Of a DNA stretch of 64,000 bases, positions 1 to 15,109 are shown piece by piece. The translations under genes were made by a program, and so were the position numbers. Below the pieces are notes generated by a model that made no database searches, was not told the origin of the DNA, and saw only the letters and a list, made by a program, of their open reading frames with translations. How positions within the stretch are numbered: position 1 is the stretch's first letter; every line of letters begins with the position of its first letter. The stretch spans positions 77,686,001-77,750,000 of the forward strand of contig NC_043003.1 in assembly GCF_006345805.1 (NCBI RefSeq). The letters are read 5' to 3'. Source of the DNA: Octopus sinensis. Its lineage: Eukaryota.

Positions 1-830
1 CTGGTCCGAACTGACAAGTAGATACTTCCGATGATACCTACTGATATCCGGGTACATTCGATGTTGCAAATTGTCTGCAACTTACTATTAAGTATCTGAC
101 AACTAGGTATATTTACTTGTGCTTATTGAAAACTAGGTATCTACCGTCAGCCTAATTCATTCCCTGTAACACTGACAATTAGGTAGGAGCACTCCTTCGG
201 TTACGACGACGAGGGTCCCAGCTGATACTATTAACGGAACAGCTTGCTCGTGAAATTAACGTGCAAGTGGCTGTGTACTCCACAGACACGTGTACCCTTA
301 ACGTAGTTCAGCGTGACACAGAGTGTGACAAGGCTGGCCCTTTTGAAATACAGGTACTACTCATTTTTGCCAAGTGAGTGGACTGGAGCAACTTGAAATA
401 AAGTGTCTTGCCCAAGAACACAACGCGTCGCCGGGAATCGAACTCACAACCTTACGATCATGAGTCGAATGCCCTAACCACTAAGTCACGCGCCTTCACA
501 ATTAGTTACTTCCACTCATATCTACAGATGTCTCATTACAGTTACTGGTACCCGCATCTAAGTTTATTTAGTATTGTCTACTGACAACTAGCAATGTTTA
601 CTGGTGCCTACTGACATCTTAATACAATCATTGATACCTACAGACAGCTATGTACATTCACAATTATCCTTCGACGTTTAAGTATAATCACTGGTACCTA
701 GTACAGCAGAATACATTCACTGTTTTCTTTTGACTATTTACCTACCAATTGGCAAATGCATTCAGCGGTGTCTAGTTAATCCTAGTTGTATTTACTGGTA
801 CATATTTACGCCTAAAGAAATTGTAAGCTA
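1..830. repeat. Degenerate ~30-33 bp minisatellite, interrupted by a SINE at 185-500
   Basis: Recurrent unit resembling actggtacctactgacaactaggtatattt, e.g. ctggtgcctactgacatc, gatacctacagacagc, ctggtacctagtacagc, on both sides of the SINE. Confidence 0.4.
185..500 (-). mobile_element. tRNA-derived SINE, head A + tail T1
   Basis: Minus strand starts GAAGGCGCGTGACTTAGTGGTTAGGGCATTCGACTC...GTTCGATTCCC (Pol III A/B boxes); 3' part (185-365) shared with 11865-12045. Confidence 0.85.
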
Positions 831-1974
831 AATGTTATTGTGAGCTAAATGTTTTGACTGTAGACAGGGGTCACTTTTGATAACAGAATATTATCCTCTG
901 GTCACTATAGCCAATTCCCAACTATATAAAATTTGTGAATATGTTTGGATGAATTGTATTAATCAACTGTTTTTTTTTTTTGTTTTTTGTCTTAGCTTTA
1001 TATTACAATTTCTTAGTGGGACGAGTAAGGGCAAAACTGGCCATTCTTTTCAGGAATTGCAAAATTGTTGGGTGGAAGTGAGGAAGCGATTCTCAGAGAA
1101 GAGATGAAAATTGAACATTTGCAACAGAATGGACTCCCTAAGGTCAAGGTATGCGAAGATGTCAACCTGACTAGAGTTAAGCTCAAAGCCCAAAAGCAAA
1201 TTTCTAAATTGTTTTGGTGGAACAAATGTCACGTACAACTCTTTGGTCGACTCGACACTCTGGTAAAACATATTTGCAAAAGGTGCCATGCAGTGAGCGA
1301 GAAACAGAACCTACATTGTTGCAATGCAACATATTAACCTTTTTATTGCTGCCTGAGAAAAATACATCGCACGTCGAAATTCCAGTATAATCGACTTTCG
1401 TTTCACCACGGCAGTAGTGATAAAATACCAGTAATAAATAACATTACTTATATATTCCTTCCTTAGAAAATCTGTGCTAGTGTGCCAATATAAGAAATAT
1501 ATAAACTCTTTTAAATTAATACTAAGATTTAGTCGTAGACATGTAGTTAAGACATGACATTCTGTTGTACGCATTAAGTTTTATAAAAGAAAAAAATGAT
1601 TCCCTATCATTTTCCCGAAGCGCCGTTCGGAACAAATGGCGTTCAAAACCACCAGTCGGTTGTGTCTAACGAAATACGGATCGACACTCCACATCCGACA
1701 ACATTTTCATCATTTATGCTTCTTTGTTTTTGTTGTTGTTTTACTTGCTTAAGGTATTCCAACTTTCTTTGTTCACACCAAACAACAGTGATTATCACGA
1801 TCTCTTCTTTCAATCTTCACACACATACCATTGCACATATTGTATTGTGAAACAACCGATTGTTCGAATGGCGCTTGTTTCTCAGAAATTCAAGCCGCAC
1901 CGTCTTTGTGATTATTATTGCTAATAGTAAAATGAAAGCAAAAACAAGCTAAAACATTAACTATACTGATTCAC

Positions 1975-4790
<2,816 letters not shown>

Positions 4791-5399
4791 TGCGCAACTT
4801 ACCCGTTCTTAGCTTTATTAGTTTATTTTTACGTCAACTAGACGGCAACAACCAGATGAAATCAGGATAACAAGATATAGCAATACTGATTTGAAATCCT
4901 TCATTGCTCTGTACAATATTCGTTATTCGTTTCATCAATTCGTTTTAAACGAGAACTAATATCAAAATAGTGTATTAGCAAGTAGAGGTTAAAGAGTTAT
5001 TTCAGATTCATAATAATGGTGGTTTTCACTTAAAATAGCAAACAAATATAAATGGAGAGACACAAATTCGGTCTTTTTATTTCTACAATATTTTACTGGA
5101 GGGTTTACTTATTTTAGTTTTGTTCTGTTAACTTTTTGCTTCGAGGTGGGTTTATGATACGAAAGTATATTGTGCTTGAGAATGTGGAGAAAAAAGAAAA
5201 TAAATGAGAAGTATGAAAGTATAAAATGTTTTTTTTTATATATATTGCCACAGATGAATTGCATTTATCGAAAAATTTAAATGATGAAGGTTTTATACTT
5301 GATTGTAAAATCAATAAGAATTAACTGATTATATGGTCAGTTGTCCTTCAAGCTACAGCAGTGAAAACTTCCTCAAGTTTCACTAGGTCGGTTTTTAAG

Positions 5400-5680
5400 A
5401 AAAGGATGCATTAGATAAGGAGTTCCCAATCAGTGGGATGCGGACCTGTACTGTGCCGCACAAAATGAATAAATTTTTCAATTCTCTTTCTATATTATTC
5501 TCTATCGCAATCAGTAGGGTGTTTTTGTATTGTGTCGTTTGATCCTTCGGTCCGAGGAAAATTCTTGCAAGAAGCCGATCCGTGAGGTAAAAGTTTTTGG
5601 GAACCGTTATATTAGCTAATGTGGTACAAGATACGAGCATCATGTTTGGAATAGATTTGACCATGCATGTACTCTAGACT
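5400..5680 (-). mobile_element. Decayed Gypsy integrase core fragment
   Basis: Frameshifted NGSQ/FTS, then IKRHNTKTPY and YRSASH*LGTPYLM, resembling DNGxQFTS...IKHxTTPPY...YRxTPH; contains stops. Confidence 0.5.
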
Positions 5681-5709
5681 GATTGGAAACTAAATAACAA
5701 AAGCACCAA

Positions 5710-5910
5710 CAATAAAATTATAATTTTTCGGTCTATTAACCACATCTTTAGAGAGATAGAGGAAAAAAAAAACAACTTATTTACATCTATCAGCGTGTAG
5801 ATCAGCGTTTTGATCGGGAAGCAAAACGTAATGTAGATTTAAATATTACATTTTTTTTTTCATCTCTAAAAAATGAAGCTAACAGACCGAAAAAACTGTA
5901 ATCTTATTTA
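5710..5910. mobile_element. Degenerate foldback, MITE-like element
   Basis: Left arm aataaaattataatttttcggtctattaa...tttagagagatagaggaaaaaaaaaa...atttacatcta approximately matches the reverse complement of the right arm tgtagatttaaat...ttttttttttcatctctaaaaaatgaagctaacagaccgaaaaaactgtaatcttatt. Confidence 0.55.
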
Positions 5911-6029
5911 CGAGCTACTCATTATAGATATTTAGACATTGTGAAAATAGATTCAAGAAAATTTTCACTATCATAATGATAATAATGATTTCATATTTTT
6001 TCAACAAGGGCAGCTTGGGTGAGGGGATT

Positions 6030-6372
6030 AAAGGGATTATTTCGACCGCAGTGCGTAACTGGTACTTATTTAATCGACCCTGAAAGGATGAAGGGCAAAG
6101 TCGACCTCAGCAGAATTTGAACTCAGAACATAGCGACGGGCGAAATACCTATTTCTTTACTACCCACAAGGGGCTAAACACAGACGAGACAAACAAGGAC
6201 AGACAGACGGATTAAGTCGATTATATCGACCCCAGTGCGTAACTGGTACCTAATTTATTGACCCCGAAATGATGAAAGGCAAAGTCGACCTCGGCGGAAT
6301 TTGAACTCAGAACGTAATGGCAGACGAAATACGGCTACGCATTTCGCCCGGCGTGCTAACGTTTCTGCCAAC
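6030..6372 (-). mobile_element. Dimeric tRNA-derived SINE with a Meta-like central domain
   Basis: Two tandem GTCGACTTTGCCTTTCATCCTTTCGGGGTCGAT..AAGTACCAG blocks; same junction as 63115-63450. Confidence 0.85.
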
Positions 6373-6399
6373 TCGCCGTCTTATCATAATAATAATAAT

Positions 6400-6600
6400 C
6401 CTTTCTGCTGGAAGCACAAGGCCTGAAATTTGGTGGAGGAGGATAGTCGATCATGTCGACCCCAGCACTTAACTGATACTTAATTTATCGACCCCGAAAG
6501 GATGAAAGGCGAAGACGAACTCGAAGGAATTTGAACTCAGAACGTGGCGACGGGCCGCTAAGTATTTTGCCTGGCGTGTTAATGATTCTGCCATTTCGCC
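6400..6600 (-). mobile_element. Meta-like SINE monomer with (ATT)n tail
   Basis: Same central block; tail ...aaatttcaggccttgtgcttccagcagaaaggattattatt. Confidence 0.85.
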
Positions 6601-6621
6601 TTAATAATAATAATAATAATA

Positions 6622-6715
<94 letters not shown>

Positions 6716-6716
6716 T
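6601..6716. repeat. (TAA)n microsatellite, probably the 3' tail of the adjacent LINE
   Basis: Seen directly. Confidence 0.95.
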
Positions 6717-7700
6717 TTCCTTCTTTATTGGCCACCAGGGCCGAACACAAAACATAGAGGACGATACAGAGACAAAGGACAGTAAGTATAAACGTGTAAA
6801 CAGCCAACAAACACAACGATTAACAAAGATATTAAATCTACAATATGCTTCCTCAATAGAGGGGAGTTCTACCGTCAGTGAGAGCCTAGCGATATCCTAG
6901 ATTACAAGGCTCCAATTCTCGGTCTTTGCGTCATCTACAACTACAAGTCAATGGTAACAACATACCCACGCTCATTTACTATCTAGTGACGCAACCGCAA
7001 CATATGTCTGTACATCAGCAGCCACGGTGACATCGCGCGGTATGCCAACATGGACCTCCTACACCCCATTCTGAAAGAAATGCTCCTCAACTGTTCCAAC
7101 TTCCGCAGAGTGGCTCCAGAACCAACGCATGCAGAAGAGGCGAGAGTGGATAGCCCTGATGGACCGAGCGTGCAAGGCGAATAGTTCTGAGTAGTGACCG
7201 TTTTCAGGACGGCTTCCTCGTAACGATAGTCAATCCAATTCTCTACGATGAATCGCATAGGACGGATTTTGTCGTGGATAGAACTGTTCACGATCGCGCA
7301 CGTTCGCACTTCTCTGCCCAGGCCACCGACGGCAAATGCTAACTTGCCAAAATCTTAAGCTCTATATTTAGTAGGGTTATGAGCAGAAAATTGCCTGTGA
7401 TGTCCAGGTTGTCAGTGTCCTTTTTCAGTAGCGTTACTACTTCCCGAATCACAACACTAAGGATTCTTCTGTTCTGCTACCAAGTGCAGTAAACATCTAC
7501 CAATGTGTCGCTAAACAAGTCCGGCATGAATACATAGAATTTTTAGAGCAGACCATCCAAACCGGGTGATATGCGTTCAGCACAAATGGTCATCACTTCT
7601 CGTATTTTAGCAACCGTTATCGGTTTTTCGCAGGAAAACTGCGTCAACCGTCAAGACAAGCGGTTAGCCGTCGAGGTAGGAAGTAAGGTATTCTAGCATC
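6717..7700 (-). mobile_element. Tx1/L1-like LINE relic: RT N-terminal part plus 3' end
   Basis: Minus frames SPGLDGLL*KFY...VVTLLKKD...FLLITLLNIELKILA...IHDKIRPMR (RT domains 0-2); 3' end gccctggtggccaataaagaa followed by (ATT)n. Confidence 0.75.
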
Positions 7701-7949
7701 TCCGACTTCCGTGTTCGGATATTGATTGCGATATATCTTGTGTTGTTTTGATGCTGTTGCTCTCACTCCCAGAGTTACTGTTGCTATTAGTGCTGCTTCT
7801 AATCTCCTAGCTGGCACTGCAATTACACTGATTGTTGTGGTTGCTTCTGTTGTTGTTAATGTTAAGGCAAAAGGTCTTGAGACGATTAGTGTTTCAACGG
7901 TTGCAGAGCCGATGTCATCTACTCTCTACTACTGCCTGTAGTTGCTGCC

Positions 7950-8400
7950 TTTCTGCTCTATTAGTTTGAAGATTTCGTCCAGTGTCTCAGGATTCACCAG
8001 AAACAGAATATCCAGCCCCAGTACCACCCAAATTTCCTTTCAGAAGATTTCAAATAGTATGCTAGGCTCCTCCAAAAGCCTATATTTCATCATCCAACAG
8101 AAATGTAGTTCTGGTGGTATATTTCATATTTTTAGTCCCGGGTAGATGGATATCAGCGTAAACTCTTCATTGTTTAAAGGAACGTTAGAGTGCTTCTAGG
8201 CATGGGTTTTCCAAGTAGAAAAATAACTCGATTATTTCAGAAGTTTATGTTTCATAATCAGTGTTCATCTGGTGGCAAACGCTCATGTTTGTATCTTTTC
8301 GTCGTAATGCATCCATACAGAATTGTTTTCCTTTCTGTATGGTCTAAAATAATGTTGCGGTATACTGAGAATAGCTTTCCTCTGTTCGAGGTGTAAACGT
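7950..8400 (-). mobile_element. Possible decayed APE-endonuclease remnant of a LINE
   Basis: NKEEFTLISIYPG resembles FTLINIYAP; many stops; same strand as the adjacent RT relic. Confidence 0.25.
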
Positions 8401-8885
8401 TGATAATCTTGGCAAAAGAAATAGGTTTTGCTGTATTTTCACTGCTGATGCTGATGCTATTATCTTTCATGTCTTTGGCGCTGCTTCTGTTGCCTCTGCT
8501 ATCATTGCTGCTGCTGTTATACTTTTTAATTTTGTGAATGTTTTACTACTGCTGTTGTGTGCCATTGCAGCAGTCATGCAAAGTATGGCCCTAAAGCAAC
8601 TTCCAACAATGAAAACACATTCTTTTCCATGAGCATGGTGCCGATATTGCTACCATTGCTGCAGCTCCCGCTGCTATTGCTGCTTTGATTAATGTTGTTT
8701 TAATTAATGCTGTCGTTCAACAATTTGGCCTTTGAGTTTTCAACTCTAGAAATTCATTCTAATCCTCTTGCTCTTAGCGAGTCACTTCCTACGTTTCCGT
8801 TCAGTTTGTTGACAGCGGAAGCCGACGACATATATGTACATAAAATTGTGTTTTTTAAAGCCAGATTTCAAAATTTTTCCAACAG

Positions 8886-8930
8886 ATTTGAGTCACAAAA
8901 GGACGAAATTCAAAAATGCCAAGCAGCGCT
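8886..8930 (+). CDS. Candidate 45-nt internal exon of an unidentified host gene
   Basis: tttttccaacag|...|gtaagt; open as FESQKDEIQKCQAA (phase 2) or LSHKRTKFKNAKQR (phase 1); no homology recognised. Confidence 0.3.
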
Positions 8931-9174
8931 GTAAGTTCCGGTTGGCTTAAATAAATATATAATGAAATTACTGCAATAAGCATTTCTTGAAAATGGTATA
9001 TTGGAACAACTGTCTTTTTATATTCATTCTCTCTCTCTTAGTCAACGGTCAAATCATGATCTTACTCAGCTCATACACCAGAGTCTTAAAAACTTATGAG
9101 TAACACCAAACGATGAGTTACTGACACCACTGCCGCAACAACAACAACAACAACAACAACAAAAATAACAATCT

Positions 9175-9380
9175 TTTCTGTTATAGGCACAAGGTATGAA
9201 CATTTGGGGGAGGAGACTAGTCGATTTCATCGACCCCAGCCTTATACTGGTACTTAATTTATCGACCCCGAAAGGATGAAAGGCAGAGTCGACCTTGGCG
9301 GAATTTGAACTCCGAACGCAAAGACGGACGAAATGCCGCTAAACATTTTGTGCGGCGTGCTAACGATTCTGCCAGCTCAT
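9175..9380 (-). mobile_element. Meta-like SINE
   Basis: gaccccgaaaggatgaaaggcagagtcgaccttggcggaatttgaactc block on +. Confidence 0.85.
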
Positions 9381-9441
9381 CATCTTCATAACTATAATAT
9401 TAAAATTAATATTAATATGAAGAAAAAGAAGAAGAACAATA

Positions 9442-9485
<44 letters not shown>

Positions 9486-9489
9486 CCTT

Positions 9490-9700
9490 ACTACTATAGG
9501 CACAAGACCTGAAATTTTGGGGGAGTGGTTAAGTTGATTATGTCGACTCCAATTTTCCACTGGTACTTAATTTAAAGACCCCGAAAGGATGAAAGGGAAA
9601 GTTGATCTCGGTGGAATTTGAATTCAGAACGTAAGGACGGACGAAATGCCGCTAAGCATTTTGCCTGGCGTGCTGACGATTCTGGCAGCTGGCTGCCTTG
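9490..9700 (-). mobile_element. Meta-like SINE with (ATC)n tail
   Basis: Same block; tail is the (GAT)n tract at 9440-9485 on +. Confidence 0.85.
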
Positions 9701-9930
<230 letters not shown>

Positions 9931-10299
9931 GTGATAAAGCTTCCAATATCTAGTTCTACAACTGATCCGTAGTATAAACTGGCCGAGAGTTGAACTTGTT
10001 AAGCTCTATATCTTTCCAGACAGAACAGACCTATGATCAAAGGGTTTCCTGTTGTAGCCGCTATTTTCTTTTGTCATTGTATATCTAAGACTACATTATG
10101 CAATGTTTCTTTTCACATTTTGAGATTATGGCGTGTGAGTTGAGAAAGATCATAATTAGACTATGAGAGAATGAGTTAAAATGCCAGTGGTTCCTGAACA
10201 CCATCTTCAATGTTCTTATTTTCTTCTTCGAAAAGTGATGCTTTATTTGAAAACAACTGAAAAATGTCACAGACTATTCATGTCTTATAAGCATCTGTC

Positions 10300-11520
10300 C
10301 GTCCTAATATTTCCCCTATCTTCATGGACAGCCAATTACAACAGGATGGCAGAAAAATCTTGAACGAGAAATTATGTGGCAGCTTTTCACGCACGAGTTT
10401 TGACACGGCAAATAAATCGCTTTTCAATTCCACAGCACTGCTTCTGCATAAAGCGGAAGGAAATATAACCGTTTGTGGTATAAATGTTTGGAACTAGCTG
10501 ATTCCCATCTTAAGGGTTAACTCTGCTGGTCAACGACAAAACACCTACCAGTGAGGAGATTTAAACTATCGTTGTCCTTTATGGACCTAGCCCTCAAAAG
10601 TTTCAAACAGGCTCAGAAAATATTTAGTGGTTTGATTCACCAGAGAATGAGAGATGCTGAAGTTTTGATGAGAGGGTGTTCACTAACATGTCCTTTCGTT
10701 GACAGGTTTGGTAGGATCTTATGTGTTCAAAAGACGAAGCAATAATAAATGTCATCCGATTGGACGGGAGACTCATTATAGTAAACACTTTAGCTGGTTG
10801 ACCTTTAATACACAAACTATTAAAGTATTGCTCGGGTAACAGTGAACAATTAAGTTGGTTATTGGTTCATTAAAATTATTGAGTAGTTCAAGAAGTAACT
10901 GTTTTCTCCGATATATTATTTTATAGTCAGAGATGGAAGGTCAGTACTATGACAATATTCAGGGCCACTGAAACTGGTAGAAGGATGACGAAAAGAAGAT
11001 ATCTATCCTCAAATCGAAAAGATGATCTGAATACTTGAAGCAGAGAAGACTTCGCTAAAAGTACTCATGAGGCAAACATTTGCTGAACCGACTGTCGGGT
11101 TATGTCTGCCACATAAGAACAGGAACCGCCTCTTCAACTGGCTCACACACAATTTTCGTTAACCAAATTCCATTCCATTCTCGGGTCTTTATTAGTCTCT
11201 AGAAGAAAAGGCGATGACAGCGGAATCGTACCGAAAACCACCAATGCAAGAACTTTTTAACCATACAGCCATGCATGTGCCTTGTATGTAACGTTTACCA
11301 AGAATTCTTCCAAATACCATTAATAGCTGAAGCGACAAACATCTGCACGAAGTGAATATAAACTGCTGAAATACTTGCACAATAATTACATTTCCTATAA
11401 CTTTATTTTGGTGCCCTTTTTCATTCCTTTGTCAGTTCTGGTTCAATTGCTAAACAGAATAAACTAATGAGCTACATTCATAAGAATCAGAGATTTCAAC
11501 TACAATATTCCACATCACTG
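10300..11520 (+). mobile_element. Heavily decayed R4/Dong-like LINE (RT C-terminus to RLE end)
   Basis: Fragments YKCLEL, FSDILFYSQR, VMSAT*EQEP and YFGALF resemble YKYLG, SDVDRLY, ISAIQEQEI and IIGALG in the expected order. Confidence 0.45.
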
Positions 11521-11864
11521 AGTAAATAGCTTATACATGATTATTTCAAGATATTCCCTCAGCTTATGTTTAATATATTTTTGGTCTTTTCGAGGTAATT
11601 TAGATAAAATATCGACAACGTTAACTATTTATGTATATTGTTAAATATAAAATGTTAATCACATCAAATATAAATGGATACATCACCATGTTTCATATTC
11701 ATCTGTAGCTCATCGATTCTCTAAATATGTACATATATACCAGTAGAATGCTAGATGGTTCGCTTCCTATTATTGGCATAGTGCATGCTATATGACTATG
11801 AGGACTGTTTTACTGGCTCTGCCAAAGTAGCTGTAAATTGGTACCATAATCGAGTGGATGGAAG

Positions 11865-12240
11865 CACTCCGTCGGTTACGACGACGAGGGTTCCGGTTGA
11901 TCCAATCAACGGAACAGCCTGCTCGTGAAATTAACGTGTAAGTGGCTGAGTACTCCACAGACACGTGTACCCTTAACGTAGTTCTCGGGGATATTCAGCG
12001 TGACACAGAGAGTGACAAGGCCGGCCCTTTGAAATACAGGTACAACAGAAACAGGAAGTAAGAGTGAGAGAAAGTTGTGGTGAAAGAGTACAGCAGGGAT
12101 CACCACCATCCCTGCCGGAGCCTCGTGGAGCTTTAGGTGTTTTCGCTCAATAAACACTCACAACGCCCGGTCTGGGAATCGAAACCGCGATCCTACGACC
12201 GCGAGTCCGCTGCCCTAACCACTGGGCCATTGCGCCTCCA
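11865..12240 (-). mobile_element. tRNA-derived SINE, head B + tail T1
   Basis: Head GGAGGCGCAATGGCCCAGTGGTTAGGGCAGCGGACTCGCGGTC...GTTTCGATTCCC; tail shared with 185-365. Confidence 0.9.
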
Positions 12241-12344
12241 TAATCGAGTAGTGTAAGCACTATCGTATGAAAGCGCTTCATGATTGCTTGAGTCATTTGA
12301 GTCAAATTAATGCAACAAAAATTAGCTACTGCCAATCCATAACT

Positions 12345-12490
12345 TAGCGGATCGGCAAAAGAGATCGATAGAATAAGTACCAGTCTTTAACGAAAAAAAA
12401 TGTGCTGGCGTCGATTCTTTCGACTAAAATCCTTCAAAACATTTTCCTAGCATGGCCGCAGTTTAATGACTAAAACAAGTGAAAGGTAAA
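12345..12490 (+). mobile_element. 3' half of SINE family C
   Basis: taacttagcggatcggcaaaagagatcgatagaataagtac...catggccgcagt. Confidence 0.7.
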
Positions 12491-12540
12491 AGATAATGAT
12501 ACTGTGTATTTCCCTGAAAGTTTATCTATTTCCTCTTCAG

Positions 12541-12600
12541 AATTACATCTTTATACTTTTATTGAAGCTGAGCAAATAAATGAACTACTTTTAACGTATT
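12541..12600 (+). CDS. Candidate 60-nt phase-1 exon (LHLYTFIEAEQINELLLTY)
   Basis: ctatttcctcttcag|...|gtgagt; only one open frame; loose resemblance to the last strand and helix of FERM F3/PTB-like lobes. Confidence 0.33.
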
Positions 12601-13048
12601 GTGAGTCATAATAGTTTTATAATTACGTACAAATAATTTTCAAACATTTAAGAATAAATACTGATATAATTTTTCACATTCACTCATATACGATCCACGG
12701 TTGCTGAGACCGTAGCATTTCGTTACCATCTATGTACATATGTTGCTTATAAGCCTATGTTGGTTATAGAGCAGTGTTGGTTATAGATCTGTATTGGTTG
12801 TCGGCCAATTAGTTCTGGTATTGGTATTTGGGGGAAACTGAACTCAGAACGCAAAGAGCTGAAACAGGTATCACAAAGAATTCCTTTCGATGCCCTAACA
12901 ACCTAACAAGTCCATCATTCCACCACCCTCGACTGGTACTCTGTATGCCAACCCTGAAAAAATAAATCATAAGACTGATCTCGGTGGGATTTGAACTCAG
13001 AGTGCAGATAGCCAGAAACGAATATACATAATTCTGACTCTAATAATT

Positions 13049-13319
13049 GTGGAGACGCGTGGCTTAGTGGTTAGGGTGTCATCATCATGATCGTAATATT
13101 GTGGTTTCGATTCCTGGACCGGGCGACGCGTTGTGCTCTTGAGCAAAACACTTCATTTCACGTTGCTCCAGTCTATTCAGCTGGCAAGAATGAGTAACGC
13201 TGCCATGGACTGGCGTCCCGTCCAGCTGGGGAACATATACGCCATCGAAACTGGGAAACCGGGCCCATGAGCCCAGCTAGGCTTTAAAAGGGCGAGAGAG
13301 AGAGAGAGAGAGAGAGAGA
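13049..13319 (+). mobile_element. tRNA-derived SINE, head A + tail T2, with (GA)n tail and 13-bp TSD
   Basis: TSD gactctaataatt at 13036-13048 and 13320-13332; A/B boxes present. Confidence 0.92.
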
Positions 13320-13699
13320 GACTCTAATAATTCACCCTCTTCGACAAAATATTAGACGAATATTTACTAGGAAAACAAAATACTGATACGCAACACTTCG
13401 AATTCAATTTGACATTAAAGACAGCTTTCTGCTTCGATCTTTTGTTTATTATCAATTGATTTTTGAATTACAACACTGGAAGGAACATGAAATGAAACGT
13501 CTCCGTAAAGCCAACATAGCTTCGTGGTTAAGGAGATTGTTTCGCAGTCACATGGCTTTGAGTTCAGTCTCATTGCGTGGCATCTTGAACGAGTGTCTTC
13601 TTTATAACCTTGGATCGATTAATGCTTTGTGAATTAAATTTGTAACCTGAAACAATGTGGAAGCCCATTATTTAGAATTGGCTGTGTGATTAGGCACAG

Positions 13700-14004
13700 G
13701 CATGGATGAGTAGTTAAGAAGTTTGTTTCCCAACCATTGGTCTTGGGTTCAGTCCCACTGTGCGCTTCCCTGACCTTTTCTCTTCGACAGCTGCTCCAAC
13801 TGACCAAAGCCTCTTGAGGGGATTTAGTAGACTGAAACTGAAAGAAACCTGTTGTATGTATGTATGTATGTATGTATGTATGTATGTATTATGTATGTAT
13901 GTATGTATGTATGTATGTATGTGTGTATGTATACATGTGTGTATGTGTGTATGTATGTATGTATGTATGTATGTATGTATGTATGTATGTGTATGTATGT
14001 ATGT
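13700..14004 (+). mobile_element. SINE C head running into (TATG)n
   Basis: gggttcagtcccactg...gatttagtagactgaaactgaaagaaacc, then microsatellite. Confidence 0.7.
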
Positions 14005-14990
14005 ACGACATGCAAATACTCATGAATCGTATTTCTGCTTCTTGCAAAGACTTTGGGCTCAGCATTAGCCTGGACAAGACTGTTGTAATGTTCCAGCTTG
14101 CACCGGGAAATCCATGTGGAACCAGCTATCTTGGTTGAAGGAACAGTTCTGAAAGTGGTAGACGAGTTTGTCTACCTGGGCAGCACACTCAGCCGTTCTT
14201 GGTCCCTAGACGATGAAATATCTTTCAGGTTGCAGTGAGCAACTGATTCCTACCGATCCCTTTAGTCTCGTGTCTGGTCCCAGCATGGCATCACAAAGCA
14301 AACAAAAGTTGCTGTGTCCCGTGCATGTGTACTGACATGGCTCAATTACTGATATGAGACATGCACCCTTTACAAACGTCTTGTAAGGGTCCTTGAACGC
14401 TTTCACCGGAGATGTCTCAGAGACATTCTGAATGTTGGCTGAACCTTAAAAATTCCAGACACACAGGTCCTCAGGACAGCTGATATCTTAAGAATTGAGG
14501 CGATGGTGCACAAGTACTGGTTATGTTAGACTGGACACCTTATCTGAATGAAGGATAGCAGGATCCATAAGCAGATGCTACAGGGGGAACTTGTGAATGG
14601 AAAGAGACTCCGGCAGAAACCAAGGCTGCGATTAAAGGACTGTCAAGTCCTCACTAAAGGCCTGTGATATGCGAGGGATTGACTGAGAGAGCAATGCCTG
14701 TCATCGTCACAGATGGCGAAAGCAGATTAAGGTGGGGGTGATACTTTTGAGAGGACACGTATTCTGCACGAAGAACTTAAGCATGCTGCTCGAAAGTGCA
14801 CTGCTGGTGTAGTGAATGGGGAAAGCTTGGTTTGCAATGTTTGCAGTCGTGTATGCTTGTCAAGAGCAGGGCTCATTAGCCACCAACAGAGCCACAAATG
14901 CAAAATATAAGTTAGTCCTAGAGTGCACAATGTTCCGGAAGGTCAGCAATGGTCTTCCTCGGTCACGAGTGGACGGCCATCATGTATGTA
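14005..14990 (+). mobile_element. RTE (BovB-like) LINE 3' relic: RT thumb and C-terminal zinc finger
   Basis: DFGLSISLDKTVVMFQ, LDDEISFRL, VLERFHRRCLRDIL, GELVNGKR, CNVCSRVCLSRAGLISHQQSH; stops and frameshifts. Confidence 0.92.
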
Positions 14991-15109
14991 CGTTCTCTTC
15001 TGTTCTTAATTATTTAAATTCTTCCTCTGATAAAGGAGCTGGTTTCTATTAACGAGAGAAAGGTTCATCGCTGAAATATAGATACCGAAAACAATTACGC
15101 ATTTTAGAC

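Noticed and set aside
1054-1337. ORF/exon candidate IAKLLGGSEEAILREEMK...LFWWNK...VKHICKRCH
   Set aside because: No confident identity; may be a Gypsy integrase zinc-binding remnant (WW...VKxCxxC-like)
5395-5664. 89-aa minus ORF as a possible exon
   Set aside because: Another frame matches a decayed Gypsy integrase core
11436-11521. Exon candidate phase-compatible with 8886-8930 and 12541-12600, extending the FERM-like resemblance
   Set aside because: It is in frame with the GAL motif at the end of the R4/Dong relic, so it is equally explained as TE C-terminus; unresolved without RNA data
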